Shown: piece by piece, positions 47,653 through 59,624 of the stretch
Numbering within the stretch: position 1 is the stretch's first letter
How the letters are laid out: the number at the start of each line of letters is the position of its first letter
From: Macrostomum lignano
Taxonomy: Eukaryota
NCBI GenBank assembly: GCA_002269645.1
Contig: NIVC01000981.1
Location: 186,001 to 250,000, forward strand
Direction: 5' to 3'
DNA length: 64,000 bases
Position numbers and translations under genes: made by a program
Notes under the pieces: model-generated
Told to the model about the DNA's origin: nothing
The model's input: only the letters and a program-made list of their open reading frames with translations
Database searches by the model: none

Positions 47653-48296
47653 AACCACATATCGGTTATAGACCAACCCCTGAAGTTCGGAGTACCTCCA
47701 GCATGAACCTAAACACTAAACCCTCGATTTACTTCCAAGTAGAAGTAAGTATTGTAGCCATGTGAAACTGCATCTAGTATGACTCACAATGACTGAAGAT
47801 TGACGGATGGCTCTCCCCGCGAATGATCTCCTTTGCCCCATACGCTGTCAAGAGGCATCAAAGCTACAGGGATGGATGGGAGCGAGGATCAAACGACAAA
47901 GCCCATAATTTTCTCTCCCTTTTCTTCTCTTTGGCTAATCCCAACTTTTTGATTGATTTTTTTTCTGAGCCTTGATTCCTGGTCGATATTAGTGGAAGAG
48001 AACAAAGTGACCCTGTGTGGCTTGAAGAGGACTGCAGTTTGGGTTGCGTAATCAGGGTGTGTGAGAACGCGATTCGGGACAATTTTTTCGGAGCGATATT
48101 CTCTGTACAGTAATTACAAAGCATGAGAAGATTATTGGGACTGCTCTCTTTTTTCCTCTTTTTTCTGAGAAGCAAAAACAACTTAACAAGATGAGAGAGG
48201 AGAAAGGAGAGGGGAGAAAGGAGAGAGGGAGAGGAGAGAGGAGAGGGATATCAGGATAGGCTTGAGCAGGCGAGAGTGGCAACAGGCAGAGGCAGG

Positions 48297-48561
48297 GAGG
48301 CAGTGAGAGCAGTGAGAGCAGTGAGAGCAGTGAGAGCAGTGAGAGCAGTGAGAGCAGTGAGAGCAGTGAGAGCAGTGAGAGCAGTGAGAGCAGTGAGAGC
48401 AGTGAGAGCAGTGAGAGCAGTGAGAGCAGTGAGAGCAGTGAGAGCAGTGAGAGCAGTGAGAGCAGTGAGAGCAGTGAGAGCAGTGAGAGCAGTGAGAGCA
48501 GTGAGAGCAGTGAGAGCAGTGAGAGCAGTGAGAGCAGTGAGAGCAGTGAGAGCAGTGAGAG
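48297..48561. repeat. Perfect 9-bp repeat (GCAGTGAGA)n
   Basis: About 29 copies. Confidence 0.97.
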
Positions 48562-48769
48562 TACATACAGGCAATAGATTTCTGTCAGATTTGTCGGGCA
48601 GAAGACAGGAAAGTCAGCAGACTGCAGAGGCGGCAAAAAGAATCGCATGTTGCAGCAGCGGCTTGCCACCAACCCTCCCCAGGCCCGTCTCAAGAGAACT
48701 TCACACAGCAGTGCGTGAAGCAGCCATTGCATAAATTTTTTGGTAGAATAAAGAACAAGAGGTGAGAAA

Positions 48770-48960
48770 TGGCGCTTGAAACTGGGGATGAGGTGTTGCA
48801 AAGCAGGTAAACCGCAGCTCCCCCTGAAACTTTCTATTGATTCTGCATGGCGGTCTAGGCTTCTTGGGAAATTGACAAACCTGTGGAAGGTAAGGTGTAG
48901 AAAGGAAGTGGCTTTCCTGCCTCTGGCTAATTGTCTTGCCATTGCCGGGAGGGGTTGTGG
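48770..48960 (-). mobile_element. Possible decayed CR1/L2-like LINE RT C-terminal fragment
   Basis: TFHRFVNFPRSLDRHAESIESFR loosely resembles FFxxRVVNxWNxLPxxVVxAxSIxSFK. Confidence 0.2.
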
Positions 48961-49606
48961 GAGCCCTGGAGACTCAGGGCCAAAACTTGGAGTGACAGCT
49001 CTTTCGCACAGCAGGAGGTCTGTCAGCTTCCCTGGCGCAACGCCTTCGGCGACATGGTCCCACAACCGCTGCCCAGTTCGCTGACTTGAGCACACACAAG
49101 AATGAGGGATTTTGGGAAGAGTTTCCACTCCAGATTCTTAGTTCTTGGCCTCCTTGAACGAGGGTTAAGAAGAGAGTGGAAAAGACAACTGCAGAACCGT
49201 TACCTGAAGCTCTCACTGCCTTCCCCTGGTGGCCGAGACAAAATGATTGACATTTTCGGTTTTTACATTCTGTTCCACTCACTGCTAGATAGGTAGGTAG
49301 GCAGTCAGGGGACGGTTGGAGCTGTTTTTGCTGGGAGAAAAAATCTGTCAAAAAGTTGCCCCTGCAGCGGTGGTTGGTCTAAGCATGCGGCCCCGTTAAT
49401 TAGGGAGCTCCTGATGGGCTGCACTCTGCGACTGTCCGAAACAGCCGATGCGCATCTGACAGGTTTTGCGTGTTCTACAAAGCGCGGTCGCTGCGCAGCT
49501 GAACACAGCTGCCCTTAGTTGACCCGAACGGCTATCGTCAGCACTCAGTCTCGATACTTGCATTTTGCGGCCCTGAATTTCTCATCACCACACAGGCATG
49601 TACACA

Positions 49607-50241
49607 CAATGTAACGGAGCTTTTGTCTATGGTAGCAAGGCTTGGCACAGAAGCATTTAGTTTGGTCCAACAAGCATCAATTTGGTCCAAACGATCGTGA
49701 GCCATTCGGCAAATTCTTGCCCCCTAGCAACCGTCTGCAGGTTGTTGAGTACCGCTGGAATATCAGCGTCTCTACCATCAATTTTCAGTCGCCTTTCCAG
49801 AGCTCTGCTGATAGTCCAAATCTGAACTGTTCCTTCAATTTATCTGCTGCACTTCTACAACGTCAACAAAGGGTTCGTCTTAACTGCATCGAGTAGCAGT
49901 TGGACCTGAGGCTCTCGCAACTTGCCTTGGCGATTGCCACCCCTTTGCAAGCGATTTAGGCCGCCAGTGGTTTCAACGCGCTGATGGATGCTGTAAACCA
50001 TATTTTCTTTTACATTCAGCAGCCGTGCAATTTCCTTTGGGTGTTCATCTCTGTCGAGCGCTTCGATCACAAGCCAATGGCCTTGGTTCGACAGCCCAGC
50101 ATATGGTCCACAATTCTGGGTATGATGTTGCACCTCCGCAGCAGTTGCAGATGAAGCAATGGACCAAATTGATGCTTGTTGGACCAAATGAAATGCCGCT
50201 GTGCCAGCCTTGCTACCATAGACAAAGGCTCCGTTACATTG
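49607..50241 (-). mobile_element. Internally deleted IS630/Tc1/mariner-superfamily element with HTH-region remnant
   Basis: About 80-bp imperfect inverted ends, each with doubled TTGGTCCAA. Inside: PKEIARLLNVKENMVYSI...RGGNRQGKL...NPLLTL, then a frameshifted TISRAL. No DDE domain. Confidence 0.75.
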
Positions 50242-50342
50242 GCAAGCCTATCCTGGATTAAATTCAATGCGCTTAGGCACAAATGAGCGGCAAAAAGCTA
50301 ATGTTATCCGAAGGTCTCAAACACTATAATTCATCAACTCAC

Positions 50343-51245
50343 TATTCTCAGTGGTGGCAGCAGGGCCGCACACGGCTAGCCTGTCAGCCAGACAGAGGGA
50401 CAGTCGATAGGTCAGAGTGGATAGATCCAAGCCCGTTAGGCGTCCATCGCTGGGAGCGTCGCAAGCTGACTGCTGCAGCTTCACCTGACGCCACTGTCGC
50501 TCGGAGGCGTCCAACTTCTGCTGTTGTTGCTGCTGCTGCGTTTGACTTTTTTTTACCGACGCGGCAGCTTCCACCCGAAGGCAGTAGCCCGCCGGCCAAG
50601 CGTCCAGCAGCAGAGTTGTCGCGCTGTTGCCGTCTCGTCGCAGCCCCGTCACGGTGGGCATCGCCAGTTCCGACGTGGTGAAGCGCAACTCCGCCGAGTT
50701 CGAACCGGAACCGAGCTGGTTTCTGGCGAAGACAACCACGGAATAGTTGGTTGCCGGGAGCAGATTCGTCAGGTTGGCTGCCACCGTCCGCAGCGATGAG
50801 TCGTGCTCGATTCGAATTGGTTCGTCAGCTGATCGACCCTCAGGCGGCGGAGTGCAGCGAAGCCACATCGATGCCTGTAGGCCTCCGTCGAATCCTGGTT
50901 GCCATGACAACGAGACTCGATCCCAGTTCGGAGGCGACAACATTCTCAAGTTGGTTGGCGGATCCGGCGGTCCTCTAGGGACCACGTCTACGCTGTGTCT
51001 GGCCTCGCCCAGGGCGTTCCTAGCAACGCAGGTGAACCGACCGTGCGAGCGAACGCCGAACAGCGTTGCTCGGTGCTTGTACGGCGTCAGCGTGTCCTGA
51101 CTGACGTTGCTCACGTAGCTGTTCGACCCGACCTCCCAGGTCACTTTTGGCTTTGGCTGAGCCAGGATTTCGCACTCCAGCGAGATCTCGGAGGCTGCCG
51201 GATCCAAGGCCAGCTTGGTGGTGCTGGTCTGAATCAGCGGCGGAA
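50343..51245 (-). CDS. Echinoid-like receptor exon: Ig7, FN3 and a Cys-containing degenerate FN3-like segment
   Basis: LECEILAQP...GRFTCVARN; PDPPTNL...LSWQPGFDGG...LLPATNYSVVVFARNQLG; phase 1 to 1. Confidence 0.92.
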
Positions 51246-51467
51246 CTGAAGCGTTTTTTGAGGCGTAATTGGTACTTGAAGTAGCATGCAGTTGTTATGC
51301 TCAATCGACTGACCTCACTCTGCTTCGGGGGTTGGCACGACCGCTACCCAGCCTCTAAGGCTATAGGAAACTCAAAGCTTACTCAAATCGATCCTGAGAT
51401 GTTTACGCTATGTCCTCTCCCTTTGGCTGTTCTATAGTTGATAAATACTTTCAACAGCACTACTTAC

Positions 51468-51604
51468 ACTTGACAACTAGATTAAAAGTTCGCGTTATTT
51501 TGCCGTGCGAATTCTGTGCCGAACAGCCGTACGCCCCGTTGTCTTTCGGCTGTAGAATGCTGCGACTCGGGCCAACGAAGCGCAGGGTGCTTCTCGTCAC
51601 AAAG
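51468..51604 (-). CDS. Echinoid-like receptor exon: second half of Ig6 (absent from ORF track)
   Basis: FVTRSTLRF...DNGAYGCSAQNSHGKITRTFNLVVK; caccag acceptor and gtaagt donor, phase 2 to 1. Confidence 0.9.
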
Positions 51605-51714
51605 CTGGTGCATTGGTGTGGTCAGGTGAGTGGCATTGTGTATATGCGACTTTAATAGTTGATAAGAAAAGCGTTCGTTAACTCTCGCCCACTCGTTTTA
51701 AATGTGAACGCTGG

Positions 51715-52243
51715 TCTCTGATTTGCCAGTGGCACTTTTCTATCCCCTATTTGGTGTCTGATTGGCTAGCGGCACTTCTCTACCCCTATTTGGTGTCTGA
51801 TTGGCCAGTGGTACTTCTCTACCCCCTATCCGGTGTCTGATTGGCTAGCGGCACTTCTCTATCCCTTATTTGGTGTCTGATTGGCAGTGGCGCTTCTCTA
51901 AGTCCTATTTGGTGTCTGATTGGCCAGTGGCACTTCTCTACCCCCTTTTTGGTGTCTGATTGGCAGTGGCGTTTCTCTAAGTCCTATTTGGTGTCTGATT
52001 GGCAGTGGCGCTTCTCTAAGTCCTATTTGGTGTCTGATTGGCCAGTGGCACTTTTCTACCCCCTATTTGGTGTCTGATTGGCCAGTGAAACTTCTCTACC
52101 CCCTATTTGGTGTCTGATTGGCCAGTGCCACTTCTCTACCCCCTATTTGGTGTCTGATTGGCCAGTGGCACTTCTCTACCCCTATTTGGTGTCTGATTGG
52201 CCAGTGGTACTTCTCTACCCCCTATCTGGTGTCTGATTGGCAC
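51715..52243. repeat. Intronic minisatellite, about 40 bp unit GGCCAGTGGCACTTCTCTACCCCCTATTTGGTGTCTGATT
   Basis: About 13 copies. Confidence 0.93.
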
Positions 52244-52255
52244 TTCCCAACTCAC

Positions 52256-53129
52256 AGCGCAGGGTCGAACTCTCTGCTGACACTATACGCCCCAGGGTCG
52301 AGCTCGCGACCATTTCGACTCCACGCAACTTCGCAGGCTGGCCGACCGCGCACCGCGCAAACCAAAGCAAAGCTGCCCACTCCGACACTGGTCGTAGTTG
52401 TCGTTGTCGTCGCTGTAGAATCGTCTAGCCACCGCGGCGGCTGCTGCACCGTCAGGCTGACGCTGGCAGCGGGACCTCGGCCTGCGGAGTTCTCCGCCAC
52501 GCAGGCGTACTCTCCGCTGTCCTCCAGACCCGTCGACTCAATTGTCAGAGCCGGTCCCGTAGCCACCCTGGTCGACGTGGATGTCCTGATAGTCCACGAG
52601 AAGCCCGGCTCGGGTACACCTGGGCTGAGCAGGCTGGGCCTGCACACCAGAGCAACCCGACTGCCCGACTGAACCACCGAGGTGCCTGCGGTGAACGCCA
52701 CCACCGGCATGCCCGGCGGGTACTGCACCGTCACCTGGACGGTGGCCGAGCCTCGGCCGTTCCTTGGCTCTCGGCCATCGCTCGGTGACATCAGGTTCTG
52801 TGCCTCGCAGGTCCACTCGCCGGCGTCTGTTCTCGCGGCCGCAGTAATGAGCAGCTGGCTGGAGTTGCCGAGGAGCCGGCCGCTGCCCGGGTGCCGCCAG
52901 TTGACGGTAAACGGTGGCGGCTCGGCCTCGACGTTGCAGCCGACCTGCAGGCTGGCGCCTTCGCGAACCATCACGGAGCTGGGCGCCTGGACAGCCGGCG
53001 GGTACAGCACCGTCAGGCTGAAGTCTCGACGTGCGGAGCCGATGGAGTTGCTGGCCAGGCAGCTGTAAGCTCCGGTGAGGTTCCGAGTTACCGAAGGCAC
53101 AGAGTGCAGCAGAGTCGGCTGGGACGCCT
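52256..53129 (-). CDS. Echinoid-like receptor exon: end of Ig3, Ig4, Ig5, start of Ig6
   Basis: GAYSC, DAGEWTC and DSGEYAC Ig signatures; phase 1 to 2. Confidence 0.93.
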
Positions 53130-53230
53130 CTGCCATGAAATTTCAATTCGTTTTTTAGTTTTTTGAATAAAATTTCCTACTTGCTACTGGTGAGAGTAGT
53201 GCAGTGCGATAGATTCTGCTTGTTTTTTAC

Positions 53231-53359
53231 CTGACAAAGTGGAATTGGATTTGAGCAAAGTTAGTTTGGCTACTGGGTTGGCATCGGCGGTGCAGTTGAT
53301 GCCGACGGAGCTGCCTGCGATGGCTCGCTGCGACGCCACCCGCGGCAGCTTAGGAGCGT
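53231..53359 (-). CDS. Echinoid-like receptor exon: first half of Ig3
   Basis: (Y)APKLP...VGINCTADANPVAKL; cgcag acceptor and gtaaaa donor, 129 nt, phase 1 to 1. Confidence 0.88.
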
Positions 53360-53427
53360 CTGCGGCGGTGGAGAGCGACGGGGGGCGTAGAGGTAGCGAA
53401 ACATTCAGGCCGCTCTATACTCAAGCC

Positions 53428-54670
53428 AGTGTACCGCAAACCTACTCAAGTCAACCACAAACCTACTCAAGTCTACCGCAAACCTACTTAAGTCTACTGC
53501 AAACCTACTCAAGTCTACCGCAAACCTACTCAAGCCTACCGCAAACCTACTCAAGTCTACCGCAAACCTACTCAAGTCTACCGCAAACCTACTCAAGTCT
53601 ACCGCAAACCTACTCAAGTCTACTACAAACCTACTCAAGTCTACTACAAATCTACTCAAGTCTACTACAAACCTACTCAAGTCTACCGCAAACCTACTCA
53701 AGTCTACGGCAAACCTACTCAAGTCAACCACAAACCTTATACTCAAGTCTACCGCAAACCTACTCAAGTCTACTACAAACCTACTCAAGTCTACCGCAAA
53801 CCTACTCAAGTCTACTACAAACCTACTCAAGCCTACCGCAAACCTACTCAAGCCTACCGCAAACCTACTCAAGCCTACCGCAAACCTACTCAAGTCTACC
53901 GCAAACCTAATCAAGTCTACCGCAAACCTACTCAAGCCTACCGCAAACCTACTCAAGCCTACCGCAAACCTACTCAAGTCTACCGCAAACCTACTCAAGT
54001 CTACCGCAAACCTACTCAAGTCTACCACAAACCTACTCAAGTCAACCACAAACCTGCTCAAGTCAACCACAAACCTACTCAAGTCTACTACAAATCTACT
54101 CAAGTCTACTACAAACCTACTCAAGTCTACCGCAAACCTACTCAAGTCTACGGCAAACCTGCTCAAGTCAACCACAAACCTACTCAAGTCTACTACAAAT
54201 CTACTCAAGTCTACTACAAACCTACTCAAGTCTACCGCAAACCTACTCAAGTCTACGGCAAACCTACTCAAGTCAACCACAAACCTTATACTCAAGTCTA
54301 CCGCAAACCTACTCAAGTCTACTACAAACCTACTCAAGTCTACCGCAAACCTACTCAAGTCTACCACAAACCTACTCAAGTCTACCGCAAACCTACTCAA
54401 GTCTACTACAAACCTACTCAAGTCTACCGCAAACCTACTCAAGTCTACCGCAAACCTACTCAAGCCTACCGCAAACCTACTCAAGTCTACTAAAAACCTA
54501 CTCAAGTCTACCGCAAACCTATTCAAGTCTACCGCAAACCTACTCAAGTCAACCACAAACCTTATACTCCAGTCTACCGCAAACCTACTCAAGTCTATTA
54601 CAAACCTACTCAAGTCTACCGCAAACCTACTCAAGTCTACCACAAACCTACTCAAGTCTGCCACAAACCT
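53428..54670. repeat. Intronic minisatellite, 21 bp unit CTACTCAAGTCTACCGCAAAC
   Basis: About 59 copies. Confidence 0.97.
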
Positions 54671-54764
54671 TCTCAAGAGAACTAAGGCTACCTCAAACTG
54701 TACTTAAGCCTACTAAAAGCTCACTCTAGGCTGACCCAATATACAAGAGCAAGGAGACACTCAC

Positions 54765-55091
54765 AGAGCACTTTAATCAGCAGCTCATTGCTAGTAGCAT
54801 TAGCCAGTGGGTGTGCAGTGTGACACACAATTCCTGCCAAATTAGCCGAAGATGCTGTCAGCACAGACACCGAAGCGACAGTGCTCCCGAATTTCTGTGC
54901 TGGCGGTTGCCAGCTGAAGACTGGAGACATTGAGTCTAGTGCCGAGTACTCAGTCTGAGACCGCTGCCGAACAGACCAGCTAATCTGGGGTGGCGGATTT
55001 CCGCCCACTGATTGACAGGTAAGATTAAGTCGGCTGCCTTCGGTGGCGGTGTCGGAGTCTGCGGCGGTCACAGTCGGTTGAGCCGGTGGTG
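54765..55091 (-). CDS. Echinoid-like receptor exon: Ig2 (C2-set, CD80-like)
   Basis: PPAQPTV...EGSRLNLTCQSVGGNPPPQISW...IVCHTAHP; phase 1 to 1. Confidence 0.92.
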
Positions 55092-56207
55092 CTGTGATGG
55101 GGAAAGTTATCGGGGTTGATGAAGCTGGTTTAGCGAGGTTTACGGTGAAGGTTTGGGGAAATTTTGATATAAAGTTCGGCTTCCCTAAAAAAGGAAGAGG
55201 ATAGAATCCGTTGTTAGAAGCACTGACAATTGGCAGCAGTGTGAAGGAGTTCAACCTGAGACTAATTAGGAATTTTATTTCACTCAATTTAATCCCGCTG
55301 AGAGAGGCAGGCAGTTCATGTGACGATGGCGCAACCACCAGCTTGTTAGCCGGGGCTGTGCGGGGTCGGTCCTGACTCATCCCAGACGCTCGATCGGCGG
55401 AGACGTCAGCACCTCGAGTCCCATCCTCCCGTCCGCTATTGAGCGGACACGAGTGCTCAGGAATTTCTAGTGTTTAGAGACGTAAAGAAAGGAATTTTCC
55501 AATGGGATTAAAAGCTTCTTGACACGCGACAAGAAGGCGAAATGAACGCAGAAAATATGAGACCAGCTGACTCACGGCGCTTCTCGTGACAACTGCATGT
55601 CCACTTCCTGCTTAGGGATAATCCTGAATCCTCTTTTCTCTATTTTATCAGACCTTAATCCCAGCTAGCCTCTAGCAGCCTCTTTAAGTCTACTCGCCAA
55701 CAAGCCCATTCAATTGAATTAAAAGCCTTTTGCTCATTTTTGTGCTCACAATTTGAATTGGCTTTTTCTTATATTAGCTCAGTGCTGAGAGGTGAGCAGC
55801 CAATGCAGCGTGTGTTGTCACTCAGCGCCGCAAATACCCTCTCAAGCCCTTCTGTTCCCAGGTAATTGACAGTCAATCCAAGCTCACTCGACTGAATTGT
55901 CTGAGAGAGAAAGTTAAAAAAAAGTTCATTCAAATCAAGTGTAAATACATCGTGTGTCTGGCGAGGCAGGAGCGGAGCTGCAGAGGGCAAGAGAGTGTGA
56001 GGCACTGAGGTTCTTCAATTACTGAATTACATCAATTTTATGCCTGCAATTTGTGTTCTGCCTGATGAAATTTCTTCTCGCAAAAAATTCAACTGTCTGT
56101 TAATAGGCTTTTGGATAATCGGTATTGAGTTATTGCTGCCGGACCGAGGCTGCTGGCTTGCGGTGAAGCTGCCGCTTTGCGATCTCGCAAGGCCCGAAAT
56201 CTTTGTC

Positions 56208-56935
56208 TACTCTCTCCCCTCTCTCCTCTCTCCTCTCCTCTCTCCTCTCCTCTTCCCTCCCCTCTCTCCTCTCTCCTCTCTCCTTTCTCCTCTCTCCTCT
56301 CTACTCTCTCCTCTCCTCTCTCCTCTCCTCTTCCCTCCCCTCTCTCCTCTCTCCTCTCTCCTCTCCTCTTCCCTCCCCTCTCTCCTCTCTTCTCTCTCCT
56401 CTCTCCTCTCTCCTCACTCCTCTCTCCTCTCCTCTTCCCTCCCCTCTCTCCTCTCTTCTCTCTCCTCTCTCCCCTCTCCTCTCTCCTCTCTCCTCTCTCC
56501 TCTCTCCTCTCTCCTCTCTCCTCTCTCCTCTCTCCTCTCCTCTCTCCTCTCCTCTCTCCTCTCTCCTCTCTCCTCTCTCCTCTATCCTCTCTCCTCTCTC
56601 CTCTCTCCTCTCCTCTCTCCTCTCTCCTCTCATCTCTCCTCTTCCCTCCCCTCTCTCCTCTCTCCTCTCTCCCCTCTCCTCTCTCCTCTCTCCTCTCCTC
56701 TCTCCTCTCTCCTCTCCTCTCTCCTCTCTCCTCTCCTCTCTCCTCTCTCCTCTCCTCTCTCCTCTCTCCTCTCCTCTCTCCTCTCTCCTCCCTCCTCCCC
56801 TCTCCTCTCTTCTCTCTCCTCTCTCCCCTCTCCCCTCTCCTCTCCTCTCTTCTCTCCTCTCTCCTCTCCTCTCTCCTCTCTCCTCTCTCCACTATCCACA
56901 CTTCATCTCCACTCTCCTCTCTCCTCTCTCCTCTC
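56208..56935. repeat. CT-rich tract ((CTCTC)n-like)
   Basis: Directly visible in the sequence. Confidence 0.95.
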
Positions 56936-57407
56936 ATCTATTGTCTGTCCTCTCTCTTTAAATTCAAAGCATTATCTCTTTGTCTCCCACAAAAGGTTAA
57001 GAAAATTGAACAAAAATTTACGTGAATGAGCCCAGTTGACCTGAGCAGCCACAAAATCTTCCCGAGCAACAACTGACGCTTTGCTACTCTCTGCTCTCTT
57101 TAGCCTGTCATTCAGAATTTCTCAATTACACAAAAAGCACTTAAATTAGTCAAGGATTTCTTCAACTGCTTCAGTCTAAACCGTATATATTTTTTCAGAT
57201 ATTCAAATTCTTCTCGTGCCTCCGAGCTTCAAAGTATATTAGTAATAAATAATAATTTTAGGAGGGCACCCTAGCGCAACGCCTTCGGCGACATGGTCCC
57301 ACAGCCAGCACTGAGTACACTCACTGTGCCTTTTGGGTTTGTGCGTGCGGTTCAGCAAAACGGGAGAGACTGCTTGCATAACTCTTTTAAAAGCCATGGG
57401 CTCACCA

Positions 57408-57662
57408 TTGATAACACCTGCCCGAATTGGGCCAGATGAGCAACCGACAGCTCAGCCGCAGCTTTCTATTGCGCGGCGCATCTGAAGGCTGCGTACGGCT
57501 GTTCAGTCCAAGGACTGGGGGTCGCCACACACAGCCTCAATTGCCCCAGCTAATGCTGGCACCCATTTTACCGCTGGATGAGATGCTTCAGTGGGATCGA
57601 GAATCGAACCCCGGACCTTCAAATCGTGAGTCCGATGCTGTAAACACCAGGCTACCACCCCC
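57408..57662 (-). mobile_element. tRNA-derived SINE, second subfamily
   Basis: Minus strand: A box TAGCCTGGTG, B box GGTTCGATTCT; 3' segment homologous to the SINE at 5370-5633. Confidence 0.7.
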
Positions 57663-58299
57663 ATATTATTAATAATCACTGAATTGATTTATTATCAGGT
57701 GTAATCAGTTACTATAACAATTAGTCATTAATACTCCAAAATTTCCTCGCAAGCCTTTGCAGAAATCAGGCAATTTGCTTTTTAAACAAACTCTGTTGCG
57801 GAAATGCATAACTAACGCCAGTTTCTATTCAACAGTGTCACCTTACTTGACCTCACAAGAGCAAACAATTCCCGGTGCTAAATTGTTACAATTAAAGAAA
57901 GCTGAAATGTTTTTGAAGGCCGGCTGCTTTGTCCGCTGCAACCCTAAAAGATCGCATGAAACAGCAGTTGAGATTTGCTAATTAATTAATGAGTAAAACA
58001 GGCCTGAGAGAAAACACACTAGATGGAAGGCCAGGGCAGGTGAGAATTGAAATGCAATTAACAATCTCACACAGAGAGAGAGAGCTTAAGCCCCATCTCA
58101 AAGAGCCATGCAGCCTGTAATGCTGCGTGTGTCTAAAAAATTGTGTAAAAAATAATAATAAAATATTTGTGACCATGTGCGGAGCGTGAGAAACATATTT
58201 GTGGAGATATAACTACCCACAATTAATAATGCCATCCAAGAGACACATTACAGCCTCTTAGTTAAGAAGCAGGCATTAAAAGAGGAGATCATTGTCAAT

Positions 58300-58860
58300 C
58301 CTTTGCCTCCCTTATCACTCTTCCCTCCTTGTCACCCATTTTTTCTCCTCCTTGTCAATTCTCTTCCCTCCTACTAGTCACTCTTTTTCCCTCCTTGACA
58401 CCCCTCTAGCCTCCTTGTCACCCCTCTAGCCTCCTTGTCCCTCTTCCCTCCTCCTTGTCACTCCTCACTCCTCCTTGTCACTCCTCACTCCTCCTTGTCA
58501 CTCCTCACTCCTCCTTGTCACTCCTCACTCCTCCTTGTCACTCCTCACTCCTCCTTGTCACTCCTCTAGCCTCCTTGTCCCTCTTCACTCCTCCTTGTCA
58601 CTCCTTTAGCCTCCTTGTCCCTCTTCACTCCTCCTTGTCACTCCTCACTCCTCCTTGTCCCTCCTCACTCCTCCTTGTCACTCCTCTAGCCTCCTTGTCC
58701 CTCCTCACTCCTCCTTGTCACTCCTCTTTCCTCCTCCTAGTCACTCTTTTTCCCTCTTTGTCACTCCTCACTCCTCCTTGTCACTCCTCACTTCTCCTTG
58801 TCCCTCCTCACTTCTCCTTGTCCCTCCTCAATCCTCCTTGTCACTCCTCTTCCCTTCCTG
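58300..58860. repeat. Minisatellite, 20 bp unit TCACTCCTCACTCCTCCTTG
   Basis: Directly visible in the sequence. Confidence 0.9.
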
Positions 58861-59624
58861 TCTGTCCTCAATCACACTCGCATTCTGTTCCATATATACG
58901 AAACATTTAACCCTAACTCACATTTGCACAAGCAGCAGAGTGCATTGAAACATTAGCAAACTGTTTTAGTGCAACTTGTAACAGTCTGTGCACTAAGTGA
59001 ACCAATCATATAGACCATTCTGTCACTTTTCAATCGTCTGGCACATCTAATAAATTAATTTTATGATATCTACTGGATAATATAAGTAGTTACCAGGGCT
59101 TTACTTAATACCTATTGTAATTGCCCTTAGACCTGTATTCTCATAAGCTTCTCAAAGTTTCCCAGAGATTGACAACTACCGAGCTTACTGCTCTTATGCT
59201 TATACAAGCCTCTTAAGCCTTCTTATTCGTGCTCAACAAGCCAAGCCCTCCGCGCCGCCCCTGTGACCACCCACAAGCAACTAAAAAAATAATAAGCAAC
59301 ATTGACAACCAGAAAGAGACAGAGCTTGTAAGAGAAATTTAATGCATAGAAAACATTGTGCGTCTTGAACAGGGGCGGTCGCCCCTCTCTATCTGTCTTT
59401 TAGTCGAGTTGGTGCACAGAAAGTTGCGCTTCTCTTGTGGAAGGCAGTTTCTGATAATTATCGCATCTGCAGTCAGAAATGATTTATTGCCGCTTATGGA
59501 CGCGAGTTGATTGCGTATGTTATTCTGTAGCTGTGAGATTTATTCCCTCTCTTGTCTTCAAATCTCTTCAGCTGTTTTGTTTATTGCCTTGGGAGTTCTC
59601 GCTTTTTATCTCGAATTCTATCTG

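Noticed and set aside
49405-49465. Second hammerhead-like motif CTGATGG...CGAAACAG...CTGAC
   Set aside because: A9 is G, U16.1 is A, and stems I and II do not pair convincingly.
50524-53166. Overlapping antisense and alternative-frame ORFs across the Ig/FN3 exons
   Set aside because: Expected shadows of GC-rich coding sequence, with no motifs of their own.
55769-56005. ORF with LRR-like LGLTVNYLGTEGLERVFAAL
   Set aside because: A single isolated repeat. The good acceptor leads to a stop in phase 1, and Ig1 joins Ig2 cleanly without it.
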